A stretch of 64,000 nucleotides of DNA from Cyclobacteriaceae bacterium (GTDB lineage: Bacteria > Bacteroidota > Bacteroidia > Cytophagales > Cyclobacteriaceae), in contig JAVKDO010000066.1 in NCBI GenBank assembly GCA_040222235.1, positions 13,545 to 77,544 of the forward strand, given 5' to 3'. The translations under genes and the position numbers were made by a program. The notes under the pieces are model-generated. The model was not told the origin of the DNA. It worked only from the letters and a program-made list of their open reading frames with translations, and did not search any database. Shown one piece after another: positions 56,216 to 64,000 of this stretch (the first letter of the stretch is position 1; the number at the start of each line of letters is the position of its first letter).

Positions 56216-57064
56216 ATGACATTAACAACGCTTTTTGAACAAGCAGAGAAACTATGGCATAAGCGTTTCACAACCGTACTCATTTCCAGAGTGCTGATTT
56301 TTAGCTTCTTACTGGGTCTGACCCTTGCTTCACTATCCTACTTTTCAATTATCAAGGCAGATATACCTTTTTTCATCTCGATAGACATTTCGTTCTCTGT
56401 ACTGCTGGTTTTTGAAATACTCGGATTGATATTCATTTTGCCCAAATCCGTGGCTGACGCGCTAGGAAAGCAATTTGAGATTTTCTCTATTATTCTGCTA
56501 AGATCGGCTTTCAAAGAGTTTGGTGCTCTTAACAGTACGATTACAATGGATCAACTGAGTCAGCCTGACTTCTATTATATGTTTTATGATGCATTTGGAG
56601 CGCTGATTATTTTTCTAATCATTGGTTTTTTCTATAAGATCCAGCGTCACGAACGCATTACGGATACTGACCAAGAGCAGTATGAGTTCAAGCGGTTCAA
56701 GCAAGTCTTGGCATCAGGGATTCTACTGGTTTTTCTGGTTCTGGGCGTTCATGATATTTATCAATTCTTTGTTCAGGGGATTCATGAAACTTCCATTAAG
56801 ACATTTTACCTGTTTTTGATATTTGCCGATATACTTGTGTTACTCTATTCATTACGCTACACCACTCGCTATTACAACATTTTTAGGTACTCTTCATTTG
56901 CCTTCGCTACCGTACTTATCAGAATGGCACTATCCGCCGGCCCGCTTGTGAATGTATTGATGGGACTGCTGGCAGGGTTGTTTGTTTTAGGATTGAGCTT
57001 TACTTACAACTACTTCCGTGCCACCGGCGACCATCCCGACATGGCAGATCAGACCAGTTTATAG
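56216..57064 (+). CDS. Hypothetical multi-pass membrane protein
   Basis: 282-aa ORF with about 6 hydrophobic helices. No family recognised. Its 3' end overlaps the dprA 3' end by 16 nt (convergent). Confidence 0.45.
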   Translation: MTLTTLFEQAEKLWHKRFTTVLISRVLIFSFLLGLTLASLSYFSIIKADIPFFISIDISFSVLLVFEILGLIFILPKSVADALGKQFEIFSIILLRSAFKEFGALNSTITMDQLSQPDFYYMFYDAFGALIIFLIIGFFYKIQRHERITDTDQEQYEFKRFKQVLASGILLVFLVLGVHDIYQFFVQGIHETSIKTFYLFLIFADILVLLYSLRYTTRYYNIFRYSSFAFATVLIRMALSAGPLVNVLMGLLAGLFVLGLSFTYNYFRATGDHPDMADQTSL

Positions 57065-58149
57065 CGCTTCCCCGGTAACGTCTTCACTATTCCGGCGAAT
57101 TCAAGTTCAAGAAGTTTTGATGCAAGCTTATTGAGTGGCACCTGTGTCTTCCAGGCCAGTTGATCAATCTGCAAACCCTCTTTGTCTTGGATGAGTGCTT
57201 CAAGAATTGACTTTTCTGGCTCTCCATAATTGCTGAGCTGAATTTTCGGCAGAGCAAGCTGACTAGCTCCGAGATCCCAATTCATGTTGTATAGTAAGTC
57301 CTTGATCTTGGTATAAGGAATCGCTCGCTGTGAGGTGATCAAATCATGACAGCCTTTTGAGTAGGTGTTGGTGATATTTCCGGGTACGGCAAAGACGTCC
57401 TTGTTGTAGGTATAGGCAATATCAGCGGTGATGAGCGCACCGCCTTTCTCTGCAGCTTCTATTACGATTAATGCGTCGCTGAGCCCAGCAATGATCCTGT
57501 TGCGGGCGGGGAAGAGATGAGCTTCTGGTTTGGTACCCAAAGGATTTTCAGAGAGTATTCCACCTTCTTCGAGCATCTGCTCGCATGTAGACTTATGAAC
57601 CGCTGGATAGATCTTATCAAGACCACCAGCTAACACACCAAAAGTGGGTATCTGATGTTTCAGAGAAGACCGGTGGGCATGAATATCTATGCCGTAGGCC
57701 AGTCCGCTGATGGTCACTATGCCTACAGAAGCCAGGTCTGCGCAGACCTGATCCACCACCTCTTTCCCATAGGCCGTAGCTTTACGAGTACCCACGATCC
57801 CCACGGTTCTAGTAGCGTTAAGATTGCCATTTCCTTTGAAGTAGAGAAGAGAAGGAGAATCGGCAATGGCTTTAAGTCGAGATGGGAATGCCTTGTCGGT
57901 GTAAAAGAGAATCTGAATGTCCTGCTTCAGGCAGTCTTCAATGATACGATCTGCTTCATCAAGTCTATTTTCAAGACTGATATCCAATATCCGTTTGGAT
58001 CCAATGCCAGGTATTTTTTGAAGTTTTGAGATTGGGGTGGAGAAGATGGCCTGGGCGCTACCGCAATAGCTGACTAGCTGCTTAGTAAGCTGGTCACCAA
58101 CACCTGGAATTAGTCCAAGCGCTACCTGATAGCGCTTTTCTTCACTCAT
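57049..58149 (-). CDS. dprA: DNA-processing protein DprA (Smf)
   Basis: 366 aa. Rossmann-like core VGIVGTRKATAYG...ISGLAYGIDIHAH...FPARNRIIAGLS...VIEAAEKGGALITA and a C-terminal winged-helix tail. Confidence 0.9.
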   Translation of the reverse strand: MSEEKRYQVALGLIPGVGDQLTKQLVSYCGSAQAIFSTPISKLQKIPGIGSKRILDISLENRLDEADRIIEDCLKQDIQILFYTDKAFPSRLKAIADSPSLLYFKGNGNLNATRTVGIVGTRKATAYGKEVVDQVCADLASVGIVTISGLAYGIDIHAHRSSLKHQIPTFGVLAGGLDKIYPAVHKSTCEQMLEEGGILSENPLGTKPEAHLFPARNRIIAGLSDALIVIEAAEKGGALITADIAYTYNKDVFAVPGNITNTYSKGCHDLITSQRAIPYTKIKDLLYNMNWDLGASQLALPKIQLSNYGEPEKSILEALIQDKEGLQIDQLAWKTQVPLNKLASKLLELEFAGIVKTLPGKRYKLV

Positions 58150-58155
58150 TATTAA

Positions 58156-58491
58156 TTACAATTGATCCTTAATATCTATTAGAAAGCCGCGGATTCTTTT
58201 GAGAGACTCCACCATTTCCACCTTGTCCATTGCAGCATTGACATCACTCTTAATGAATTCTCTGGCACCTTGTAAAGTGTAGCCTTTTTCCTTCACTAGG
58301 TGAAAGATCAGCTTAACGTTCTTTATATCCTCTTTGGTAAATTGACGATTGCCCTTTCTGTTCTTCTTAGGTTTGATAATATCGAACTCACCCTCCCAAA
58401 ACCTGATGAGTGATGTAGCCACACCTAGATCATCGGCGACTTCTCCGATAGTGTAGTATTTTTTCTCTATTTCTTTTTCCTTGTAAGGCAC
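58156..58491 (-). CDS. MerR-family transcriptional regulator (short form)
   Basis: 111 aa. HTH YYTIGEVADDLGVATSLIRFWEGEF. Lies 6 nt upstream of dprA. Confidence 0.85.
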   Translation of the reverse strand: MPYKEKEIEKKYYTIGEVADDLGVATSLIRFWEGEFDIIKPKKNRKGNRQFTKEDIKNVKLIFHLVKEKGYTLQGAREFIKSDVNAAMDKVEMVESLKRIRGFLIDIKDQL

Positions 58492-58818
58492 TCGTGTCAG
58501 TCTTGAATATAGTTAATAATACCAGCATCCCCAATGGTTAATGCTATTTCAGGAACTCTTCTTTGACCAAGAGTTGAGTCTCCGTTATTCCGCAGTTGTA
58601 CGAGTATGCTCTTAGCAGAAATACTTGTCAATCCTCTTAAAAAATAGCGTACGACGGTGCTAGTGATTAAATCTATTTTGTCTACAATGAAAAAATTAAA
58701 AATAGATGTCGAAGAGATACGAATTGTCATGAAGGACTGATAATCAAGTAGTCAAAAGTATGTATTTGAATGTCTGATAGAAGCGATTTGACATTTTAGT
58801 TTTCCACATTTTGTGTAC

Positions 58819-58846
58819 AAAAAAAGCAACCTGAATTCAGGTTGCT
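58819..58846 (-). terminator. Rho-independent terminator after the M23 peptidase gene
   Basis: Perfect 20-nt palindrome gcaacctgaattcaggttgc (58826..58845). On the minus strand it is followed by a T7 run (the A-run 58819..58825 on the + strand). About 32 nt after the stop. Confidence 0.75.
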
Positions 58847-58877
58847 TCAATACTCTTGATATAGAGATAGTTACCTC

Positions 58878-59861
58878 CTAGTAGGAACCCAGCGATTGGT
58901 TCTCAATAGAGGCTAGTCTCAAAATTTCTTCATACTCAGCAGGACCAAGGTCTTGATAAAAATAATGAACGGGGTTTATCTTTTTCCCATCCTTCATTAC
59001 CTCATAATGGCAGTGTGGTGAAGTTGATTTCCCAGTGTTGCCTACCATCCCAATCTGCTCACCTCTTTTTACTTTTTGTCCTTTCTTTACCATATGCATA
59101 TCCATATGAGCATACTTCGTTACATATCCAAAGCCATGGTCAATTTCAACTTGCTTCCCATAGTCGCCATACGTGGTGCTTACCCTTCGTACTACACCAT
59201 CTCCCGTTGCGTAGATTGGGGTGCCTCTTGGAGCTGAAAAATCAACGCCGTAGTGCATTTTTCTAACCTTAAGTATGGGGTCAGTCCGCATGCCGTACCC
59301 AGAAGATAGGCGCTTCAGTTCTTTGTTGGAGATGGGTTGTATTGCCGGTAGGGCTGAGTAAAGAGCTTCTTTATTCTCGGCCATCTCCAGTATCTCATCA
59401 TAAGACTTGGTCTGGATATACATCTGCTTCTTCAGCTTATCAATTTTACCGTAGGTTTCAACGATCAAGTCTTCACGCTCCAGATCTTCGTCCATCAGAC
59501 CCTTATACCGATTCGTACCTCCGATACCTGCCGTACGTATAGATGAAGGGATTGGATCTGCTTCAAAGATGACACGATAGACGTAATCATCCCTCTCCTG
59601 AAGGTTAGAGAGCATCTGATTAGCTGCTGTCATTTCACTTGCCAAAAGATCGTAATAGATTTTAAGTTCTTCGTTCTCCTTTTTTAATTGAGCTACCTCG
59701 GGAGACTCGAAATACGTGCTGTAAGCATAGAATATACCCACCGCCAAGATCAATGATACAGAGAGGAATCCCAGTAGATTAGTGACAATGTCCCAGCTTG
59801 AAACCTTGACCCTTTCGTACTTGCAGGATTCAGTATCATAGTAATATTTAATTCTAGCCAT
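58878..59861 (-). CDS. M23-family metallopeptidase (peptidoglycan DD-endopeptidase-like) with N-terminal TM and coiled coil
   Basis: 327 aa. HYGVDF, GDGVV and GNTGKSTSPHCHYEV LytM-type zinc motifs. Confidence 0.85.
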   Translation of the reverse strand: MARIKYYYDTESCKYERVKVSSWDIVTNLLGFLSVSLILAVGIFYAYSTYFESPEVAQLKKENEELKIYYDLLASEMTAANQMLSNLQERDDYVYRVIFEADPIPSSIRTAGIGGTNRYKGLMDEDLEREDLIVETYGKIDKLKKQMYIQTKSYDEILEMAENKEALYSALPAIQPISNKELKRLSSGYGMRTDPILKVRKMHYGVDFSAPRGTPIYATGDGVVRRVSTTYGDYGKQVEIDHGFGYVTKYAHMDMHMVKKGQKVKRGEQIGMVGNTGKSTSPHCHYEVMKDGKKINPVHYFYQDLGPAEYEEILRLASIENQSLGSY

Positions 59862-60023
59862 ACCTCTACGACAATCGTATTTTATCTAATTTTGAGCCTG
59901 ATTTTGATATCAGCTAAATACAAAAAACATTAAACGGATGGTTCAATTAATCGTTGCAATATACGATTTATTCGTCTGAATTGAAAAACGGGGTGATTTC
60001 CAGCCTCTGAGAGAACTTGCAGT

Positions 60024-62663
60024 ATGAATTCAAAAGACATTAGGAAGCAGTTTTTGTCCTTTTTCGAATCGAAGGGCCACTTGGTTGTGCCCTCTGCGCC
60101 GATGGTGGTGCAGAATGATCCTACCCTGATGTTTACTAATGCTGGGATGAATCAGTTCAAGGACTATTTTCTTGGCAATGGCGAACCTAAATCTAATCGC
60201 ATAACGGATACTCAGAAATGTCTGAGGGTAAGCGGTAAACATAACGACCTTGAAGAGGTCGGTATGGATACTTACCATCATACGATGTTTGAAATGCTTG
60301 GCAACTGGTCTTTTGGTGAGTATTTTAAGCCAGAGGCAATCGCTTGGGCCTGGGAGCTTCTCACTGATGTATATAAGCTACCTAAGGACAGATTGTATGT
60401 GACGGTTTTTGGTGGAGACGAGACAGACGGATTGTCCATAGATCAGGAGGCGTACGATGAATGGGAGAAGATAATCCCCAAAGACCGGATTCTATATGGA
60501 TCTAAGAAGGATAACTTCTGGGAAATGGGCGATACAGGTCCTTGCGGGCCTTGCTCAGAGATTCATATCGACCTAAGATCTGAGGCAGAAATCAAGGCTA
60601 CTCCAGGTGAAGACTTGGTCAATAATGACCACCCACAAGTAGTCGAAGTGTGGAATCTGGTATTCATGCAGTTTAATCGTGCTTACGATGGAAAACTCAA
60701 CCCTCTTCCAGCTCAGCATGTAGATACAGGTATGGGATTCGAGCGTTTGGCTATGGCCATTCAGGGTAAGAAGTCCAACTATGATACCGATATTTTCCAG
60801 CCACTTATTCAGTTTATTTCAAAGGCCGCTGGAGTCACTTATGGAAAAGAAGAGACCACTGACATAGCGATAAGAGTGATGTCGGATCATATCCGTGCGA
60901 TAGCTTTTGCGATAGCTGATGGACAGCTACCTAGTAATGTCAAAGCGGGGTACGTGATACGCAGAATATTGCGACGAGCTGTTAGGTACGGATATACTTT
61001 CTTGGGATTTCAGGAGCCTTTCATGTACAAACTGATGCCTGTACTGGTGGAGCAGTTTGATGAAGTATTTCCAGAACTGGGAATGCAGGCAGATTTCATC
61101 ACCAAGGTGATCATGGAGGAAGAGGCTAGTTTTCTGCGAACGCTGGAGCGTGGTTTGAAGCGTATTGACAGCTTGATGTCTACATTTAAGAGTCAAGAAA
61201 ATACGATTGATGGTAAGGCTGCCTTTGAATTGTATGACACTTTTGGGTTCCCCCTTGACCTTACCGCATTGATAGCCAGAGAGAACGGACTGACCGTGGA
61301 TGAAGAAGGGTTTACTAAGGAAATGGCAGTGCAGAAGTCAAGATCCAAAGACGCTGCAAAGGTTGATAAAGGAGATTGGATAGAAATTCAGCCAAATGCT
61401 GAGGTAACCTTTGTTGGATACGATCATTTAGAAGCGCCTGTTCAAATTACCAAGTACAGAGAGGTACAAGAGAAGGGGAAGTCGACTTTTCAGGTAGTCT
61501 TCGACCAGACACCTTTCTATGCCGAGAGTGGTGGACAGGTGGGAGATACCGGCTATATCACCGTTGGTGATGAGAAGTGGACCGTAAGCAACACCCAAAA
61601 AGAGAACGACCTAATTATCCATTGGATGCCAAAACTACCGACCAATCTAGAAGGCGAGTTTCAGGCTATCGTAGGTAAGTCAAGGCGGCATCTGACAATG
61701 AGTAATCACAGTGCCACGCACCTGCTCCATGCTGCTTTGAGAATTGTACTAGGTGAGCATGTTCAGCAGAAGGGCTCTTACGTGGATGATAAGGTCTTGA
61801 GGTTTGACTTTTCGCATTTCAGTAAGATGACAGATGAAGAGTTGGCAGAAGTTGAGAAGATCGTCAATAGGAAGATCCGTGAGAATATTGCGTTAGATGA
61901 AAAGCGAAATACTCCCATTGAAGAAGCTAAGAAAATGGGTGCTATGGCACTCTTTGGAGAGAAGTACGGCGAATTTGTTAGAGTAATTACTTTTGATAAG
62001 GGTTTTTCGGTAGAGCTATGTGGTGGTACGCATGTGCCTCAGACAGGTCATATTGGATTTTTGAAGATCCTATCGGAAAGTTCTGTGGCAGCAGGTGTAA
62101 GAAGGATAGAGGCGGTAACCGCTGACAGGGCCGAGCAGTACATCGCTGATCAGGTGCAACTGGTCAACGAGGTGAAGGAAGTGCTTAAGAACCCTAAAGA
62201 TCCATTGAAAGCGATCACAGCTTTAGTGGCGGAGCGCTCGAAATTGGCCAAGGAAATAGACGGACTCTTAGCAGAGAAAGGAAAACTGGTAAAGTCTGAG
62301 CTAAAGGCTAAAGTAGTAAGTGAAAATGGTATCAATATCCTCATCGAGGAGGTGGAGATGCCATCAGCAGATATTCTGAAAAAGCTGAGTTTCGAGCTGA
62401 AAAATGAGATTGACAATCTTGTGATGGTGCTAGCTGCCAATATTGAGGGTAAGCCACAAATATCAGTAGTGGTAGACGATGCTTTGGTAAAGCAGTACGA
62501 CCTGCATGCAGGCAACATGGTCAAAGAACTCGCCAAGGAGATTCGAGGAGGAGGAGGAGGACAGCCGTTTTTTGCCACCGCAGGTGGAAGTGATGTGACA
62601 GGTCTATCTCGTGTACCAGTTGCTGCTAAGAAGATGTTAAGTGAACTAAAACAAGCGAAATAG
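60024..62663 (+). CDS. alaS: Alanine--tRNA ligase
   Basis: 879 aa. FLSFFESKGH, FTNAGMNQFK, HHTMFEMLGNWSFGDYFK-like motif, editing-domain HxxxH (HSATHLLH) and CGGTH, C-terminal DHHA1. Confidence 0.97.
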   Translation: MNSKDIRKQFLSFFESKGHLVVPSAPMVVQNDPTLMFTNAGMNQFKDYFLGNGEPKSNRITDTQKCLRVSGKHNDLEEVGMDTYHHTMFEMLGNWSFGEYFKPEAIAWAWELLTDVYKLPKDRLYVTVFGGDETDGLSIDQEAYDEWEKIIPKDRILYGSKKDNFWEMGDTGPCGPCSEIHIDLRSEAEIKATPGEDLVNNDHPQVVEVWNLVFMQFNRAYDGKLNPLPAQHVDTGMGFERLAMAIQGKKSNYDTDIFQPLIQFISKAAGVTYGKEETTDIAIRVMSDHIRAIAFAIADGQLPSNVKAGYVIRRILRRAVRYGYTFLGFQEPFMYKLMPVLVEQFDEVFPELGMQADFITKVIMEEEASFLRTLERGLKRIDSLMSTFKSQENTIDGKAAFELYDTFGFPLDLTALIARENGLTVDEEGFTKEMAVQKSRSKDAAKVDKGDWIEIQPNAEVTFVGYDHLEAPVQITKYREVQEKGKSTFQVVFDQTPFYAESGGQVGDTGYITVGDEKWTVSNTQKENDLIIHWMPKLPTNLEGEFQAIVGKSRRHLTMSNHSATHLLHAALRIVLGEHVQQKGSYVDDKVLRFDFSHFSKMTDEELAEVEKIVNRKIRENIALDEKRNTPIEEAKKMGAMALFGEKYGEFVRVITFDKGFSVELCGGTHVPQTGHIGFLKILSESSVAAGVRRIEAVTADRAEQYIADQVQLVNEVKEVLKNPKDPLKAITALVAERSKLAKEIDGLLAEKGKLVKSELKAKVVSENGINILIEEVEMPSADILKKLSFELKNEIDNLVMVLAANIEGKPQISVVVDDALVKQYDLHAGNMVKELAKEIRGGGGGQPFFATAGGSDVTGLSRVPVAAKKMLSELKQAK

Positions 62664-62736
62664 GGCTTAATCAGTTGTGCGGGCGGCTTATGGAAATATG
62701 CTGTGCCTTCAGATCATTTGGACGTAAATTGAGAGT

Positions 62737-63840
62737 ATGATGAAGTATGCTTATCTAGGACTGATTGGAGTTTTGTTGTTTGCTTGTGATAAACCCGCTG
62801 AGAATACTATACTGCTTGACTTACATGTGACTAACCCTCAAGGTTCGTTAGTGAAACTTGAAAAGGTATGGGATGAGGGCGTGATCGTTCAGGACTCATT
62901 CATGCTAGATGGCGAAGGCAAGTATTCCGGTAGGGTAGAGGTGCTAGAACCTACCTTCTACAGAATCAACATTACCGACCGACAGTACGTGAATGTTATT
63001 CTTGATGATACAGATGTGAAGGTTGTTGCGGCTGGAGATCAGCCTGCTGGAGATGTCACTGTGACGGGATCTGTAGATACTGATCACCTCACCAAAGCGC
63101 GTGATCTCGCCAAGAACTTTCAAGAGAATGTGCAAATGCTTCAGGCTGAGTTTGTTCAAGCGCGTGCCTCAGGAGATATTGAGACCGTCACGGATATTCA
63201 AGAGCAGTTCATCTACCTGCAAAACAAGAATACGAGCGACCTGAAATCGACGATCTGGGGAATGGAGAACTCAATTGCTGCCGTGTTTGCTGTGAGCTAC
63301 TTTCAAGATGAGGAGAGTGTTTTCCCATTCCTGGATAGCCTGTCTACGAGGTTTGAGGCCGCACTACCCAATAGCCCCTATACGGCCTCACTAGTTACCA
63401 AGGTCGATAATATGGCGGTTACCGCTATTGGTTCTGTCGCTCCAGAGATACAATTGCCTTCTCCTGATGGAGAGAACGTCGCATTGAGTTCTTTAAGAGG
63501 CAAATATGTGCTCATTGATTTTTGGGCCGCCTGGTGCAGACCCTGTCGCGTGGAGAATCCTACCGTGGTAAAGGCCTACAATAGGTTTGCCGATCAAGGA
63601 TTTGAAGTATATGGTGTTTCCCTCGACAGAAAGAAAGACGACTGGCTAAAAGCGATAGCCGCTGATGGCTTACCCTGGATGCACGTCTCAGATTTGAAAT
63701 ATTGGCAGTCGGAGGCAGCTCGCAGCTACAAAGTGAGTGCCATTCCCGCAACTTTCTTATTGGATCCGGAAGGTAGAATCATTGCCAAAAACCTACGTGG
63801 TGAATCGCTAACAGCTAAGCTCGAGGAGATTTTCGGCTAG
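62737..63840 (+). CDS. TlpA-family thiol:disulfide oxidoreductase lipoprotein (DUF4369-like N-domain + thioredoxin-fold C-domain)
   Basis: 367 aa. Lipobox LLFACD. Redox motif FWAAWCRPCRVENP and an AhpC/TSA-redoxin-like C-terminal domain. Confidence 0.85.
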   Translation: MMKYAYLGLIGVLLFACDKPAENTILLDLHVTNPQGSLVKLEKVWDEGVIVQDSFMLDGEGKYSGRVEVLEPTFYRINITDRQYVNVILDDTDVKVVAAGDQPAGDVTVTGSVDTDHLTKARDLAKNFQENVQMLQAEFVQARASGDIETVTDIQEQFIYLQNKNTSDLKSTIWGMENSIAAVFAVSYFQDEESVFPFLDSLSTRFEAALPNSPYTASLVTKVDNMAVTAIGSVAPEIQLPSPDGENVALSSLRGKYVLIDFWAAWCRPCRVENPTVVKAYNRFADQGFEVYGVSLDRKKDDWLKAIAADGLPWMHVSDLKYWQSEAARSYKVSAIPATFLLDPEGRIIAKNLRGESLTAKLEEIFG

Positions 63841-64000
63841 TCCTTAGGGAACATCTCTTGAAGTACACCCCAGAGCTTTCTTTTTAGCGGAACATGTTGA
63901 TCCAGCAAGTGAAGTTCATCCGACACTAACACTCTCGTGTTGCCGAATTGTTGTGTCTCATACTGAGCTGTCATCTTGTAACCTTCAAGTTTCAAGTCTG

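Noticed and set aside
57049-57064. 16-nt convergent overlap between the 3' ends of the membrane-protein gene and dprA.
   Set aside because: Short convergent overlaps are common in compact genomes. Nothing suggests a regulatory antisense function beyond chance.
63841-64000. Possible minus-strand partial ORF at the right edge, ending near TAA at 63844..63846.
   Set aside because: Only about 50 codons are visible, with no recognisable motif. It cannot be supported as a gene from this window.
1-64000. Looked for CRISPR arrays, tRNA/rRNA/tmRNA/RNase P signatures, transposases and integrases.
   Set aside because: No regularly spaced direct repeats were found. No GGTTCGAATCC-type T-loops or GAGGAAAGTCC RNase P core were found in the ORF-free gaps I read. 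No transposase or integrase motifs appear among the ORFs. This was a visual scan only, so small RNAs could have been missed.

Overview
This is a Bacteroidota-type chromosomal window, probably Cytophagia/Flavobacteriia-like. The assignment rests on the bamD-rpoZ-coaBC-DUF4835-recN synteny, TAnnTTTG -7 promoter boxes, a split metH, and many OmpA/TonB/Lpt envelope genes. About 55 protein genes are supported; I found no rRNA, tRNA or CRISPR array.

Most of the window is core housekeeping: AddAB-like helicase-nuclease, trxA, dnaE, rsmG, tgt, ispE, fabI, recN, coaBC, tilS, mdh, metH/metF behind a SAM-I riboswitch, dprA and alaS.

The main items of interest are:
1. The left edge (1-1622) is an AT-rich island boundary. 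It carries a translationally coupled TcmP / three-Cys-motif (phage Gp37/Gp68, DUF5131) gene pair of unknown function, cut by the window edge.
2. A roughly 11-kb same-strand locus (36280-47221) looks like an uncharacterised envelope-spanning keto-sugar/glycoside oxidation pathway. It combines a NupG-like permease, a Gfo/Idh/MocA oxidoreductase, two xylose-isomerase-like TIM barrels (one Tat-exported), a 1230-aa lipoprotein (heme c + PA14 + beta-propeller + DUF1080) and a TonB receptor.
3. Small toxin-antitoxin inserts: VapBC after dnaE, and a DUF4160/DUF2442 plus MntA/HepT islet between metF and the HMG-CoA lyase gene. The DUF4160 gene carries two homopolymer frameshifts.
4. A 73-aa ORF wedged in the coaBC-recN operon shows Hfq-like Sm1/Sm2 sequence patterns.
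5. dnaE carries an N-terminal DEDDh exonuclease fusion.
6. Non-coding elements: a 151-bp element with 25-bp terminal inverted repeats, and a 26-bp perfect palindrome upstream of a DUF4143 ATPase.

All family calls come from motif recognition by eye and memory; no database search was run.
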